This document shows, piece after piece, positions 14,306 to 29,382 of a DNA stretch of 64,000 nt; positions within the stretch are counted from its first letter, which is position 1, and every line of letters starts with the position of its first letter. This DNA is from Balanoglossus misakiensis (Eukaryota > Animalia > Hemichordata): positions 3,581,957-3,645,956 of the forward strand of contig CM082591.2 of the NCBI GenBank assembly GCA_040954595.2. Direction: 5' to 3'. The position numbers were made by a program, and so were the translations under genes. The notes under the pieces were generated by a model that worked only from the letters and a program-made list of their open reading frames with translations, did not search any database and was not told the origin of the DNA.

Positions 14306-14754
14306 GTTGATTCAGTTTAAGGTAAAGAATGGATTATCTTTCGAATTATTAAAGCGCAGATTAATTTTCACTGTCAGTTATATATCGATCAACGTCTGAC
14401 TGGTTAATATTTATTTGTATTAAGATAAGTTCGTGCTTCACTCCTGTTTCAAAATTCCATGTCTGCTTATATACTGCACCCGATAGAATGCATGCACCAT
14501 AGAGATTTGGAACTACATCTTTAGTTGTTTATTATTATGAAGTGCTTTCATTATTGTACACAGTGTGATATTGGGTCTTGGTCAGAACTGTCACATCTGA
14601 ATTGTTCCTAATGTGATCAACTTCTAGTTGCTGAAGGCATGTGGCCCTATGGTTTCATCAGTGATCACTGTGGGAAGTCTCCATGCTCAGTTGTAAAAAG
14701 TATGTATATATTTATGTAAGCAGAAAAAATACATAGGCAGATAGATATAAATAT

Positions 14755-14810
14755 AGACAGACAGACAAACAGACAGACAGACTGACTGACTGACTGACTG
14801 ACTGACTGAC

Positions 14811-14849
<39 letters not shown>
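14755..14849. repeat. Compound microsatellite (GACA)n(GACT)n(GATT)n
   Basis: Direct inspection; probably in the 3'UTR of the + strand GPCR (AATAAA at 14894). Confidence 0.95.
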
Positions 14850-14850
<1 letters not shown>

Positions 14851-16641
14851 AAAACTGGTGTATATATACTAAGTTCGATATATAGATATCATAAATAAAG
14901 GATTCAATAATATCTTTTTAACGTAATTCATCGTTCATTTTATATGTATCAATACAAATTCAGGCTGCGACATGTAAAGACTGGGGGAAAAATATAGAAA
15001 GAGGAGCAACTGGGTTTGCTATTGAGCAAATTACATGACATTCGTCACTCAGAGAAAGTGAGGAAATTCTGGACAGACAAGGTTACTTATTCCCTTGACG
15101 ATGGAGTTTACAGTAATCACATTATCACATTGACAGGAGGGAACAAACACAAAGCAATATAATTATTATAATTTTGACCCTTGCGATCTCCCTTTTAAGT
15201 CAATCATAAAAATGACTTCTAAGTTATTATGACTGCATTTACATTTAATGTAATATATAAAATTTAACCTACCCAGTATCTTATTTATGTTGTAATTATG
15301 TATTTCATGTCATATTATGTAATTATGTTATCTTATCTTCGGATACTGGTAAATTCATATCATGAATAAACTGTTTTATTTCCCATCAAGCCATTGGTGT
15401 CTTTTTTCTAGCCTTGTGTTGCTTTAGTCAAAGGCAGTGCAATGTGGGTTATCCTTTTTGTGCACGACCGGTATCAATTAAGCTGCTTGGCTTACACCTA
15501 TGATTATGGTGATGACCAATAAACACATGGCCACAGGTAAGAATTGCCCGTAGAAGAAGATATCTGAGAAAACTGCGTTTGTCATGCACTACAACGAAGG
15601 CCGAATAAGAAATGAACTCTTGACTTAAGCTGCACACGGTGAGGGCGTACTGGGAACGTTTGGGACAATTAAGTTTTCCGTAAGACTGCCCTCAGTAGAC
15701 TGGTGTCTTGTGACAACACTGTAAGCTTGTAGAAGGGTTACGGTAAGTATACATGCAATTCTTCTAGACCAACACACAGCATTTATCTTGTGGTTTTTAG
15801 TCACTTTCGCGTCGAAATATTTGTCCAAGTTTTAAGATGAAAGCTTTGAGGGGAAGCAGAACTAGTAGAATATTCCCAAGAGTGCATTTACAATTGTGGC
15901 ACTGTACGAGGGAAAATTTAACGACCCATGGGAAATTAGCAAACCGTCTGTCAACATGCACTTTTTACCACTTTGCAAAATTGTTCTCTTAGAGCAGCCA
16001 GAATATAAAATTATTCTGTGTCGATTGTGTAATGGGCATAAGAATGCTAAAACGGCACGGCAGTCGACGGCTGCTTTTTGTTTGCACTACATGCAGCATT
16101 TAGCAAAAGTCACTCTGAACTGCAAAAGTTCAAAGAGTGAGGAGAGGTAGACAGATTCATATCCTGTATCGATCAGACTTTTCGAGTTATACAAAATCAT
16201 GAATATCGAGAGAGGGCGTAAGTCATCACCATATGTCAGTCTGACGTCATTCTGCGGACATGCACAAAGGGATGGAACAGACCCACTTTTCTGAGGCAAC
16301 CTCTTGAAATTAAATACAATTTTCGAAAGAAATAGGTGAAAGCAACCTTCCTTGGCAAACACAAATGCAAACCGCCTGGTGGTTTGTTTAACAAATTTAA
16401 TGGACGGGTCAACAAGGCTAAGTTTAGACTTCACCTCTCGTTTTGTGCTGACAAGAACATGACAGCTCTTAAACACAAGGCATCTTTCTATTTCAACCAA
16501 TTACACGTTTTAATAACATGTCAGGAAGAGAGTGCACAAGCTTACCCACTGTGTTTTTGACAGTGTCATCCGAATATGTGTTCATCGAACAAAATTCTTC
16601 ATATCTAATCTGAATTTACATTTCCAAATTATGTTGGAGAC

Positions 16642-16678
16642 TATGTATGTATGTATGTATGTATGTATGTATGTATGT
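16642..16678. repeat. (TATG)n microsatellite
   Basis: Direct inspection. Confidence 0.95.
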
Positions 16679-17993
16679 TTACTGATATTATTTATGTAAA
16701 CGTGATTTGATATAAAGTGAATCGCTTGTTAAGAAACGAGGTAATCTATTCTCCGAGTTTGATAACATAATAACTGATGATATTACAACAGATAATATCC
16801 AATTTAAATGCAATAACTTTACTATTACTGGGAACAAACAGAACAGTAGAATCCAATGGAATGATGGATAGCCATAATATAACCATACTTTACATGCGGA
16901 CAGATTGGAATAAATTTCTCAGAACACGCAACAACAACGAAGTTCACAAACATTCCTGTTCAATCCTTTCTGCGCCATCTGGTTGTCTAAGCGATAAAGA
17001 ATAAGCAAGCCATGTTTGAAAATTAAACACGTGATCATGAAACGTCATCAATTTCTTTGTGTCGATGCACGGATACGTTTAATGTACAACGCTGCCGGGT
17101 TATGGAGTACATGAACCGTACTCCCCTCGCTGAGTGAGTGAACTAAAGGGTTGTTGAAACAAAATGAGTCTATGTTAATCACGCTCTTGCATGCAACTTT
17201 TTAAAATCCAAATTCACTTCATTACAGCCGTGCCCAACCATTCGAGAAAAACCAATATCAGTTACTAAGCAGCGAGTTAAAACCTCCTTTAAAGGAAAAT
17301 CACCCGTACTTCAAATTCTCGTAATGTAATTTTGTTACATTAAATATGGATTATCTACTTCAAGCGATATTTCTTTCTCTGGCCATAACACTCAACCAAG
17401 GGGACTTCGACCCTTCCAGCGAATTTGATTAATAATCAGCACCTGGCTACACGAACATATGGCTGTAATCAACCCAAAAGTACCCCCCCCCCCCCACATC
17501 CAACCCTCACAATCAAACCAATGAGCTTGAAATACATTGCTAAACGCTTCTTTCATTCGGGATGATTGCACTACATCCTATTTGATTAAAGAATGCTTAT
17601 CTCAACTTAATTGGTTCATTATTCTTTGAAATACCATATTGTAAAACCTAGCTTAATTTCCTTTGGCTCATAATGTCAACAGGCCATTAGAGATAAAAAA
17701 GCACCTGATACTTGATGTTTATAACTATTCCTGGGCAATATATTTTTTTAAGTACAGTTTATATGAGTACCAATATGCTTTTTGGCATAAAAAGTCAATA
17801 ATTGCTCTTCTTTAATTCACAAGTAGAACTAACATACATGTATTATCTATGAGAATATTCATTTGGTATTTGTCGATCTTTAGAAAGTAAATGTTAGATT
17901 TAACCTGCGGGTATAGGAATCCAAATTAATGCAGTCATTATACAGCTACATTTACAGCATGCATGTAGTCCTCTCCTATTAGTCGAATCTCTT

Positions 17994-18328
17994 AAAGGCC
18001 ACAGGTATATGTACAGATATCACTAGTTCATGCTGTCATGGTTTTACGTCTGATAATATCTTACATACAAATTTATGCCTCGGTTCTAGAATGAGAATAT
18101 CCTGCCATGTTATAAAAGCATTATTATTTGTAGGTCTGTCTGATGTTCTGGCATCAAATTGCAAAGGCCACAGGTATATGTACAGATATCGTGTTTTGCC
18201 GCTTAGTTCGTCTGATATAACTGACGTAGAAATGCATCAGTTCTAACATGATAATATTCTGCACTATACTAAAAGCATTGGTTATATATTATTTGTATTA
18301 TGTTTTTCTGTCATCAAATTGCAAAGGT
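17994..18328. repeat. Diverged tandem duplication, unit ~165 bp
   Basis: aaaggccacaggtatatgtacagatatc at 17994 and 18163; catcaaattgcaaagg closes both units. Confidence 0.8.
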
Positions 18329-20684
18329 GATGTACACGACGCAAATTGAATGACTGCAGGATGACCTTTAGCGTCGGCGTTCTCACTGTTATTTCAAGTT
18401 GCACGTCGGTTCCATTTCACTGAATTACATGCAGGGAATTAAGTGTGTTAATTGGACAGGTATATATAGAATTATTCTAACCTCTTTTTTCCGTAACCTC
18501 TTTCTCCGATTTCAAACTCTCGTAGGTTTACAATAAAATTTCAAGAAGGGGATCTGGGAGGTACCCCCTCCCCTTCCCCATGACAGCTAAATTGGAAAAT
18601 CATGTTGGAAACCGGGTATATTTTGTCTTATGTAATTCAAAACGATTCGACAAATACACATTCGTCCTGTAGGGTCTGATTACAATGGTGGCGAACGGGC
18701 ACATTGGCGCCTTATTTTATTCATTTCTCTTTGTGTTGGCGGTGGCAACGGTTTGCTTGTCAACTCACATTTCCGACGACAAACAGCTACATTGAAAATT
18801 ATGAAAAGCGCAAGCGAATGTTATTTGGGGTGAAATAGAAATAAAATCCCATTGTAATTGTTTTGTGTTGACTGTTCTCATTTCCCATGAACACACAAGG
18901 AAAAAAATCAGTCGCATTGAAGTTATACATCATTAGTGTATAAGGTCATGAAATTACTCTGTGCACGGATCATTAGTTGCCCATAAGACTGTGATAAAAA
19001 TCTGCTTCAGCAAAGACGGCTCACGAATTGTATATTGTACACAGCTGCAAACATGTCAAAGTGTTGCCGTTTCTATAATGCAACTATGGAGAGTACATGT
19101 GAACCTATATCGTTCATTGTACTGTGCTTATAATGCTAAAATGCTACGCATATAAGTTGGGCTTAGTGAAGCACTCCATTCTTTAGGATGGAATAGTGTG
19201 TATTGCTGATGTGGATCTCTTATTGTGTACACAATGTATACACCGGTGTTCACTGTCAGTGATTGATGTCGTTGAGGGACAGATTTGCTGCATGTGGCAC
19301 ACACTGTATTGTGGAACTACGGAAAAGGACTCTAAGAGCACATTTCAATGTGTAATCCACAATAATCTCATTTTTTGGTGCAGCATATTAAAGAAGAAAA
19401 AATATCGCCAAGTATGCACATATGGTCACGAATCAAGCAACGTTTTGGAAGCAATACTTTGTCTTGCATTGTCATTATTTTATGCTTCCCGGTAGCCTTC
19501 AAAAGTCCAAATTCGAAACAATGAATCTGGAAATCTTTGTCCACATCCCAAACAGCGACGATGGCAACGGTCATTTTAGATAAACGGCATTCTAGCAAAT
19601 ATGATATAAATTATAACATAGACAATGATATTATATTAATTGGGCACAATATATAATTGATGACATGCGCACTTATCATTAACATTATACATGACAGAGA
19701 CCATGAAACCTTGCAAGGAACTTGTACTGGCAAGACACGTATCTCCGTTAACGTGACATAGACAAAACGACCATGCCTTTGACATATTCCTTCGGAAATA
19801 ATGGATACTGAGATTCAAGAATATACTATTGTGATGTGCATTTTCTCTAATTGTCTGGTGGTCAAGGCGAATGTTTTTGAGTGTTCTTATATATCCAACC
19901 CTGAGTCTCATTCAAGGCAGTTTATCCAGCTTATTAACTCAATTTGTTTTGTAGGGCAGAAATACGCCATCTTGAAATTTGGTCGTCACATGAGATACCC
20001 TAGGTAGCAAAAATGGAAACTTCTAGGTTAGAGTGACTTATAATAAACCTATATGACCCTTACACCAAACAAAAATGTCTTTTGCCAAACATTGCTGGTC
20101 ATGTAATACTGAGTGTCTGATTTTCTCTACATGTTTGACGCCATCACTTTCAAACCTTTCCTTGCCAATCAATTTTTATTACAGGGATTTTTATTCACAA
20201 ATCACGTAACCGCCTGCCGGCAATATGAACAAACAATGCAACATTTAAGCGGTTTCTTTGTGAACAGGAAGCGTTTATTGAAAATAGGAAAAGGTTTTTT
20301 TGCTCCAGCAGTTTCAAGATTTCCCCACTTTTCTTTCTGTTCTCACAACTTTGTCTGCATGTTTAGATTTGCATTGATTCTTAGTGCTCTCTGCTTTATT
20401 ATTTACTTCACGAGTTCTGATGATCGTGTCTCACACACAGAGTGTTGACTTATTGACAAAGACTTCTGCTTGGATGGTCCTGGTGAATGGCTCGACATTC
20501 TACATATTTATCAAGAGCGACGGACATTCATCTGATGAATGGGTAGTTGTTTGCTGGGCGGGTTGACTGTCTAGGTCGTTTTATTTGTTTTCTCGATCTC
20601 TGTTTTATCTGACTGTGTCTGCAGAGCCTTTAATTTCACCCTATGTTACATTGTGGGTTACCTGTACATTAATGTGATTGTCCA

Positions 20685-20950
20685 TTAATTAAAATCCCCC
20701 AAATTATGTTCACATAAATTCTCTGAATTATTTGGCAGAAATTGTTGTAATAAATTTGTGTTTGGATAATAAAACCAAAAGGTGTTCATTGTGACCAGGT
20801 CTGGTAATTGAACGTGATCACACTGGACTAACCATGTGGCCAGCTCAGTATGACCAACTGCAGATGGAGCTGGAATCATTTGTAGACAGAAGGTCTTTCA
20901 AGATACACACACAGAGCGCGAAATTGATTCAGAAACACTACACCTATGAC
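20685..20950 (-). mobile_element. Possible decayed LINE APE-endonuclease fragment
   Basis: Frame ending in LGDFN with an upstream aromatic YY-P motif; very degraded. Confidence 0.25.
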
Positions 20951-21435
20951 TAATTCAGAGCGCGAGAGTGCCTTCAATATGTCTCTTATGTCGCTTAACA
21001 CGTCACGACGTAACAATCGACGGTGTAATTGGCAGTTGGAAAGAGACGATATCACTCCACTTGTCGTGATGACTACTGTTTGAATGGCTCTCAACATTAT
21101 GTTGCTATGGCAGGAACACGCAACTGCGCCAGTCACCGTCATACAAAACGTGGCGTCGACATGCACAGTGACTGATGCATTAGCACCACCTACAGCAGAT
21201 TGCAAGCCGTTCACGAGCGCATATACCGCGATTATTGCCGTTCTGCGCGGCACATGAGTGGACTAATCACGTTTCCAACACGGACACTGAATTTGGTATG
21301 AGTGGTAGATATGATTATGCAATCACTGTCTTCATACTTTCATCCATCTGTACATCCATTCACCCATGCACTCACATGTCTACTCATTCATCCATCAACC
21401 CACCCAAGTTTCTGCCCATCCAATCCAACCATAAA

Positions 21436-21491
21436 ATACATACATACATACATACATACATACATACATACATACACACATACATACATAT
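21436..21491. repeat. (TACA)n microsatellite preceded by degenerate (CATC)n
   Basis: Direct inspection. Confidence 0.95.
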
Positions 21492-24400
21492 GAATGTACT
21501 ACTTTTGCTACCTTGTGGATAATATCGTTCTAGTGTTTAAATTAGACGAAATCAATTTTGTTACCCCTTTTCATGGTTGATATATGCCCGCTGGTTTAAT
21601 TACCTGGCAAATAAGGATGCTATTTAACTCTTCTGTCAGTCAGAATAAAAGTCTCTTAACAGTCCAATTTGGGACGTGTTTCATCACACGTTGCGTGTTG
21701 CTTTTATTGAACAGAAAATAATGAACTGCAGAGTATGCCTGGTTTGGGCAATCAAGTGAAGGGAAACTCGTCAATGTATACAGTCACAGAGGAAAGCTGA
21801 AGCTGTCCACACTAAGAGACTTTTTCAGATGGTGCTAATTGCTCGTCGGGGATATTTGTTGGCGTCTGCAAAAGGCTGCCCTAAATGTAACTGGCGTTGC
21901 ACTTACGCAATCACTTCAACAGACTACAGGGGTTGCGTTTATAAATTGAAGTATGGCTGCTTCAGGAACAGAAATCACAATCGCATTTGGGTTAATCATG
22001 ATGGAGTTAATATACATGAATGTCATTCACAAAGAGTGCCACTCAATTCTATCATGTCATTTTATTCTGATCGACAGAAGAATATCAAATCATATACCAT
22101 ATCATAGATCTCATGTCATATTTGCCAAGGTAGTAGATGTTTAATATTTCATTAAAAATGATGTGGCAGCCATTGAAAAATTAGCAAAGAACAAATGTTG
22201 AAGATTTAAAGCAAATATCTTGATTTTAACTGCTGAAACTTATTTTACAATCAGTGAATGACTGCGGGTAAAACGATTTCGGCAAAAACAAAGAAAAGAT
22301 TTTCAATTATACGCCGGTCTTGTGAATAATTTAAAATCAATAACGTTCATCATTTAAGAGCAGCTATATGCCAAATTTAAGTTATTCGTACAGATAACAG
22401 TCACAAGGTAAACACAACGCACTTGAATATACTAAAAGGGACTACTGCCAAGTCCTGTATATTGTGGTTTTGTTGGAAGACTAGTGAAACACTAATGTCC
22501 CGCCCACCAACTCGTGTTGCAACTTCTCCCAACTACTTTACACAATTCTTTTCAATTCAGCAACTTTGTTTTCAGCCTACTATTTCTGATACTTGTTTAT
22601 TAGCTGCATCCTGTTTTAAAGAGCTTTTAGTTTGTCGCTTTTAGCTAGTGCACATTTGCGAAGAAAGATCAAAGAATGCCGGTTGCGGTGGAGATATGAG
22701 AAAAAAATGATCCCAATACACGTCTGTATATCCTGAAGTATAGCAGACAAGACAAGAAAAAGGATCGCGGATGAATTGTTTTCTGTGAATGCACGCGATA
22801 CCTTAAGGATAAATGCGACGAACACGACCGCATGAAAGCCTACACTCTATCGACCTCTCTTTTGCAGCTTCAGACTTTTATTTTTTCATTTCCGTTGTAA
22901 CATAGCAGCCTCGACATTTACAAGAAGACACCGGGGGCTTCGCTTTGGCACTGGCAAGCATAGCAAAATTCTACCAGTCTCCCCCCCCCCCCCCTTTCCA
23001 AGCCACTGACTTGCTTATGTAGTTGCCTACCCACTGAATAAATTCGTGTCCAGATGATTACATGGCACAATCTGAAATGACGTACGTGTACATATAGAAC
23101 ACATGCCAAATGCAACAATCACGACTGCATGTGATTTTAGCACGACATGTAATTTGTAGGGATATTTCCCTTTTGGACTATATGCTGTGACAAGTGCTTA
23201 TAGGCACAGCGGTTTCTTTCTACATCTAGAATATAAATGATCCATTGATGAATATGGATAGGTTTGCTCTCACGAAGGAGTTGGAATTTTTGGCGTACAG
23301 CTGATTACACATTTAATGTCACGACCGCTTTGGTAGAGTTGTTTTCAGTAACTTAATTAACAGGCCTATGTTGGTTTGTTTTACTCGCCAATAAACAAAC
23401 GTTCACTTGAACATACATGCAGTGAAAATAATGAACAGAGTTTGCTAGAGCATGTACAGATAATAATAATAAAAAAATACTGATCGATACTAAATTTAAA
23501 GGCAATCAGACAAGTAGTATCAGAGAAGAGGTTATTATTGGAGGACGGTGAACGAATGACGACAGATGGACAGACATTCAGATTATGAACACCGTGTCAC
23601 AAGGGCCATCAAAAATAAGACACTCAAAAAGGCAAAGCTTGCGAGGTTATGTCGGCATTGCGTCTATCAAAGCTAATGGGCATACTTGTCTCAGTGTGAC
23701 TTCGACCTAGCTATACAAACTGCTAATTAACGACAACTGAAACATTGAAGGGTTTGGTGAACAAGTTGCTATTTCCGCATCTTTTTTTTGTTATTTTGTC
23801 ATATAAATATTACAATCTACTCATCCACTCATAACAAAGATGCTTTTAGAATCTGTCATTACAATTTAGGTATATGCTTGTATACGGCAGATATTCTTTG
23901 TAAGCTTTTACATGGAACATTTACGATTAAAAAAACTGCATTGTATCGGAACACACGTGTGCAAATAATGGCCACCATGCATTCTATCATAACAACGTAT
24001 TCACCATAGCGGGCCGTTTGATATATATAGTTCGGATGGCCATGGCGGCAACAACAAACGGGCATTGAGAGGTTTCGACAAGAAAACGTGGTTTAAGAGT
24101 GTTATCAGCCGTGTTGCGGCACACATTCGAGTTGGTTTGCGTGTAGTTCATGTCTACATTTTATCCGTAGCAGACAAATTGGACATCCTTTTTCCATTGT
24201 ACCGACTATACTTCACCCCTTTTCGGTCTGATTGAACTGCGGGAGACATCGAATGGACTTAATAACGCACACGAACTACATTTTTCACAAAACTGGGTTA
24301 TAAAATTTCATCACCTAACAAAATGAAATAAATCTATTCTACCAAATAGGTAGACAATCTGTCATTTATGGTTTTTATAAATTCACCATTCCATGGTGAC

Positions 24401-24699
24401 GAGCTAAAAATAAACTCCTTTTGTTCATTAAAGTGAAACTGGCACATTTCATGGTAGACAAACATATGTTGCCTTTGGCCTATTTACAATTATTGTATGG
24501 CATGTATGCTTCGCACTATCATCTAATAACCTGCTGCCTTCTGTATATATCTAGAAACTGTCATAAACGATAATGTTATTGCGACAGACGGGTGTTTGCA
24601 GTGAAGCATATTTATCGCGATTACGGATCAATGCTGAACGTGATAAAAGTGTAATTTACCCCTTTAAAGCTACATTATGCTAGCTGATCTCTTTATCAA

Positions 24700-24960
24700 A
24701 TGGTTGACACTTGTCCAATGGACTACTTTCCGAATTCTATGAGAACCTGCGAGATCTCGTGTGGCTTCGCAGTTTACATGGGAGGACATCTCCATGTGAA
24801 GATATATTAAATGGTACACAAGTAAGACTTTCTGCTCAACTGTGTACCTATGCTAGTTTCATATAAAGTTGGATTTTCTTTCTTTACCTAGCAACCTGTT
24901 GCTACGGTAATTAACCAAGTCTCACGAAATCTCGCGCTGAACGGAAAATAATCTATTGAG
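24700..24960. repeat. Dispersed repeat, second copy of the family at 3965-4240
   Basis: See 3965-4240; boundaries approximate. Confidence 0.7.
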
Positions 24961-25379
24961 CTGATCTGCATATTATGGTAATCGCCATGCGCACAGGTTG
25001 ACTACTATTTTATTACGCCAGTGATTATGATTTCGGTGCAGGGCACACCATAAAACATGTGTTCCTTTTAATCTTTAAAATGTCAAAATTGCTTCAAGTA
25101 TAAAGACTTCTGTAGATTAATGTAGAGTGATGCCGTGTGGGTGTCCACCTCTCAACTACTTTCAGTAGTCCTTACCAACTGTAACCGGAATATCATAGTA
25201 ACCTCAGGATAACAAAGTAGCTACACCGGATTCCATTAAACCATACATTATGTATATTGTGTAATGCAATACTTTTAGGCTTAAAAGGTACTTTACCTTT
25301 AATCTCAAACGTCCTTCAGAAATGCATGGAGGCATCATCTCATCACTTCCTGACCAATGGGTATGATATGAAAATATGG

Positions 25380-25760
25380 CAGAAGTCCTGTGCTGGATGC
25401 AGTCAAATGTTAGTATCAAGAGCCTTTCCTATAGAAAATGACAAGACAAAATATGAAAACATTACGCTTCGTCTGTCTGTCTGTCGTGTCCATTTGTTCA
25501 CCATCTGGTTGGTATTATGTTGTCAAAACAAAATAAAGAGGCTGGGATCACTGCTTTTTTTATTCACGAACAATATTACATTCAGTTTGCGAATTATCCT
25601 ATTTTCCCAGGGATACCTGATGTATATCGCATATTATCAAGGTTTATTTGACAGTGCCCATGAAAAGAAATGTGTCTTGGTGACCGCTGTAACCAGCTGA
25701 TTGACCCCGAGGTCTTCAATGAACAGTCAGTGGATACTGTACAATGTGCTTCCTATGAGC
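25380..25760. repeat. Dispersed repeat, same orientation as the copy at ~38590-38960
   Basis: Shared colinear blocks ggatgcagtcaaatg, atgaaaacattacgct, ttattca, and tgattgaccccgaggt / tgattaacctcaaggt. Confidence 0.65.
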
Positions 25761-28700
25761 ATCTACATGTAACTGTTTGCTGTCATGAAGCTGGTTGAAA
25801 CACCATTCTACACACAGCTAATGTGCACATGGCCATCAAGCAAGGCATCGTCTATCACATTCAATATCAAATGGCAACAGTTTGCACAGATTACGATAAA
25901 AAAATAATGAAATAAAAGATGACCATTTGTTTGCACATTATGTGCAATTTATTACAAAAAATACACAGAATTTGTGTCGGTATCACATAAAAAATGTACC
26001 GGCTTATTTTGGTGCTTAAATAATTTAAAACTACAAAAAGTACCACAAATTAATTCGCAAGTTAAGTATATCTGTGATTTTTCGCATGTGCATGGAAATG
26101 TTTATTGGGAAACAAAGGGCCAGTCTTGAATTATGGTGTCTCTGATGTGTTTGTATGGTCCAGCAGGCAAGTGAAGTAAAGCATTTGTAAAAGATAAGTC
26201 AAGCACGCGTGAATTCTCAATACATGTATATGCAGGGTTTTATATACAGGTCTCCCTGACCGGATAGTAACAGTTGTTTCTGATCCATAATCTGATGGGT
26301 TGGGTCCGTGGAGAGAAACCTCTGTATATGGGGATTGCGCGCATGAATGCTGAAGTCGTCACAGATGTGTGGGTTTTTTTTGCATGGAGGGGTCGGAACT
26401 ATCGATGCACACAATGACTAATGACATTACTTCTCTGAAACATTAATAAATGTGCTTTGTACAGTTAAAGCTAACAACATCAGGGTTCAGTTACCGATAA
26501 AATACTGTGAAAGTTGCTAACGGGAAATTCACTTTCCATGACTACTGTTCCATGAAATACGATCTGAGTTGACAACGTCTGTGAATGCATTTTACGTAAG
26601 GTAGTAGGCGTTTTGACTGATGTGAAATTTGATTGTCGAACGATGCCAACAGGGAACTTTGCAACCGTTCTTAATGAAAGATTAATTATAGTTTCTGGTC
26701 TGCGCGGAAAAGAAATTCATTAAAATGATGCTTGAGAGGATTGCGTGTGATGCAATCATTATAACAGAAACCAGGCACCAAAACTCATTCAGTAGGCAAA
26801 TATCTGAAACCTTAAGTCCCATCATTAGACTGCAGCTGTCAATACCATCGAATTCCCAATCAAGCAATTCACAAGTAACTACAAAAAACACATAAGTAGA
26901 ATCCCACATGGTGAAATTATACATTTGACATATTTTTTCTTCTTCAGAGTTAAGGCACTAGATGAAGAAAACTGATATAATTTGTAATGTGAGAATTATC
27001 ATTTAAACTGTATTTTCAGGGCTTCTATGGAGAGCCAACCCAAGAAAAAGAACACCCTACCAATAGCTGCTGTGCATTATTTTCATTATTTTAAGCAAAG
27101 TGAATGTTTGACCGCTAGCCTATAGTCAAACACTCTATTTTTTGAGAGATTTGCATTCCACAGCTGTACAGCAATGAATGATACAGTATCCAGCTGTGTT
27201 TGCACATGTGGTATCTATTAACAAGGTCAAAACGCAATCATAAGTAAGCAAAAAATACATTTATGCTGCCTCATTCTAGATTTCAGTGAAAGTAGGTTCC
27301 TGACCTCAAAATGTCACTAGGAATGGGGATGAGCACATATTTTGTCCATTCTACAGCTGTGACAATTTTTTTCAAAGCAGGGAATGGATATCATTAGTAT
27401 ATAGCAGGGAATCAGATCAGACCAGCATAGCATGGAAGAATCTATGAATGAATCCAATATCACTCCAGTTATAGCCTTACACAACTGAGATTTAGAATAA
27501 GGACATATTGTGGAGTTTTAACTTCAGCTGTGAAATGATCTGTGTGATTGATACTAGACAAACTGCTGGTTTATATTTTTATTTATTTTTTTATTTTGTA
27601 AAAACATTCCGAACAGCTGTGGTATCGATTAAACTATGTACTAGCAAACCCCATTCGCTGACAGCTGACATGATGTAGGCAGTTATGTATATACAGACTG
27701 AGATTTAAAAAAAAGATAATTTCTCTAGTTTAAGCTTTAACTGTCAAATGATATCTGTACATATATACCGGTACAAGGAACACTGTTTGGTATTTTGATG
27801 TTTTTATTTTTTGGGTCAACATGAACGCTGCACAGCTGTTAAGCCAATAAAATATATTCTCACCAGTTCCAAATACCGGTACACTCATACAACTGGCTGC
27901 TGATATGCATTTACATACACACTCAGGTACACATAGATATTGACACACATACAGAGACACATACACACTGAGGTATAGAATGATGTAATCTGTGTAGTTT
28001 GAGGCGATATTATTATTCTAACAAACATGATGGTTTATTCTGATTTGTTCTCCAGTATGTGATTTACATACTGTGTCACAAACAGAGATTCCACCTTCCC
28101 CTAGGGAATATTTAAGCTTAGTTGTGCCAACTGGCCCAGTACCTGTTATTTGCGTTGCTTGTTTTAATATGTACTGAACATTGCCTTCAGCGTGGCTTGC
28201 TGCATTGGCAGCAATGTTGAAAACACCCAAGTCAACGTAACTCTTTCCGAAACCGAATGCTTTCTAGGATAGCTTTCTTTGACTTAAACATGTGATGGAT
28301 TTTCTCTCAGTGAACTTTACAATGTTGAAACTTTGTGTTGTTGGGTTGGCTTTCTCTGGGATCCCTAATTTTGATGATGGTAAATTTGAGCAACTTTTCC
28401 CATAAATATATTCGTCTTGATGTGCAAATACTGAATGAAGATGATCGTTTGTTTAATCTCAACATGTCGACGATAATAATAAGTAACAAGTGGAAATAGC
28501 ATTATATCAAAATATTACAACGCGCAACAATGTGTAACTTGTTATCCTACTGTGCTCATAGCAAAGAATGTGCTATTACTTTTACCACATCCCTGCGTTC
28601 CTTTGATATCGCACGATTTGGTTGCTAGGGTCCCTGGGATCCAAGAGTGTTGTGCTGATGACATGTTTTACTTTAGGAACAGGGAGAAACACATACGTAA

Positions 28701-29382
28701 TTCCAACCCTTTGGAAACACCAATGTTCAGTGAGTAATAGGCATCAGAGGAAAAAACATATGTGCCAAACATAATCAAGAATTTACACCAACGTGCTGGC
28801 AAAATAGTGGCTAAAACTTTTCTATGTTTCTGTAATATTTTATATACGGTGTAAATGAAACCTCATCGCGCCATCCTGAACAGTTAATGGCAGAAAACCT
28901 TTTTTAATAGAAAATAAAATATGTGATTATGTGATGTGATTATACGCCAGATGTATCATGTAAATGCCCCATAAATATATAAGCCTATGTCTAGGATAAT
29001 AAATTATGAAGACAATTATATGTAAAATTTCATGTGCAGTGATAAGGCATAATATGGTCTCGCGTCGAAAATGGTCCCATATATTTAAGCAGAATTAACA
29101 ATTCAAAGTGAACGATTGACAACAGCAATGATATGGCTGTTGAAAGTAGGCCGTCGCCCTGTTTGCGGGTGATGGTATAGGTCCCCTGCGACACATTTGC
29201 TGGCAAATCAAGCAGGCGCAACGTCTAACTGCTACAATGTACATTATGCGTCGTCACATTTCAGAGTTATTTCGATATAAAATGTCTTCTCTGCCAGGTC
29301 TTCTCAGACAGCAGGAACAATGCTGACGGTTTGTTTATAAACAAAAAGGTCACACATGAGCAGTTCAGATGATCCTACCAAT

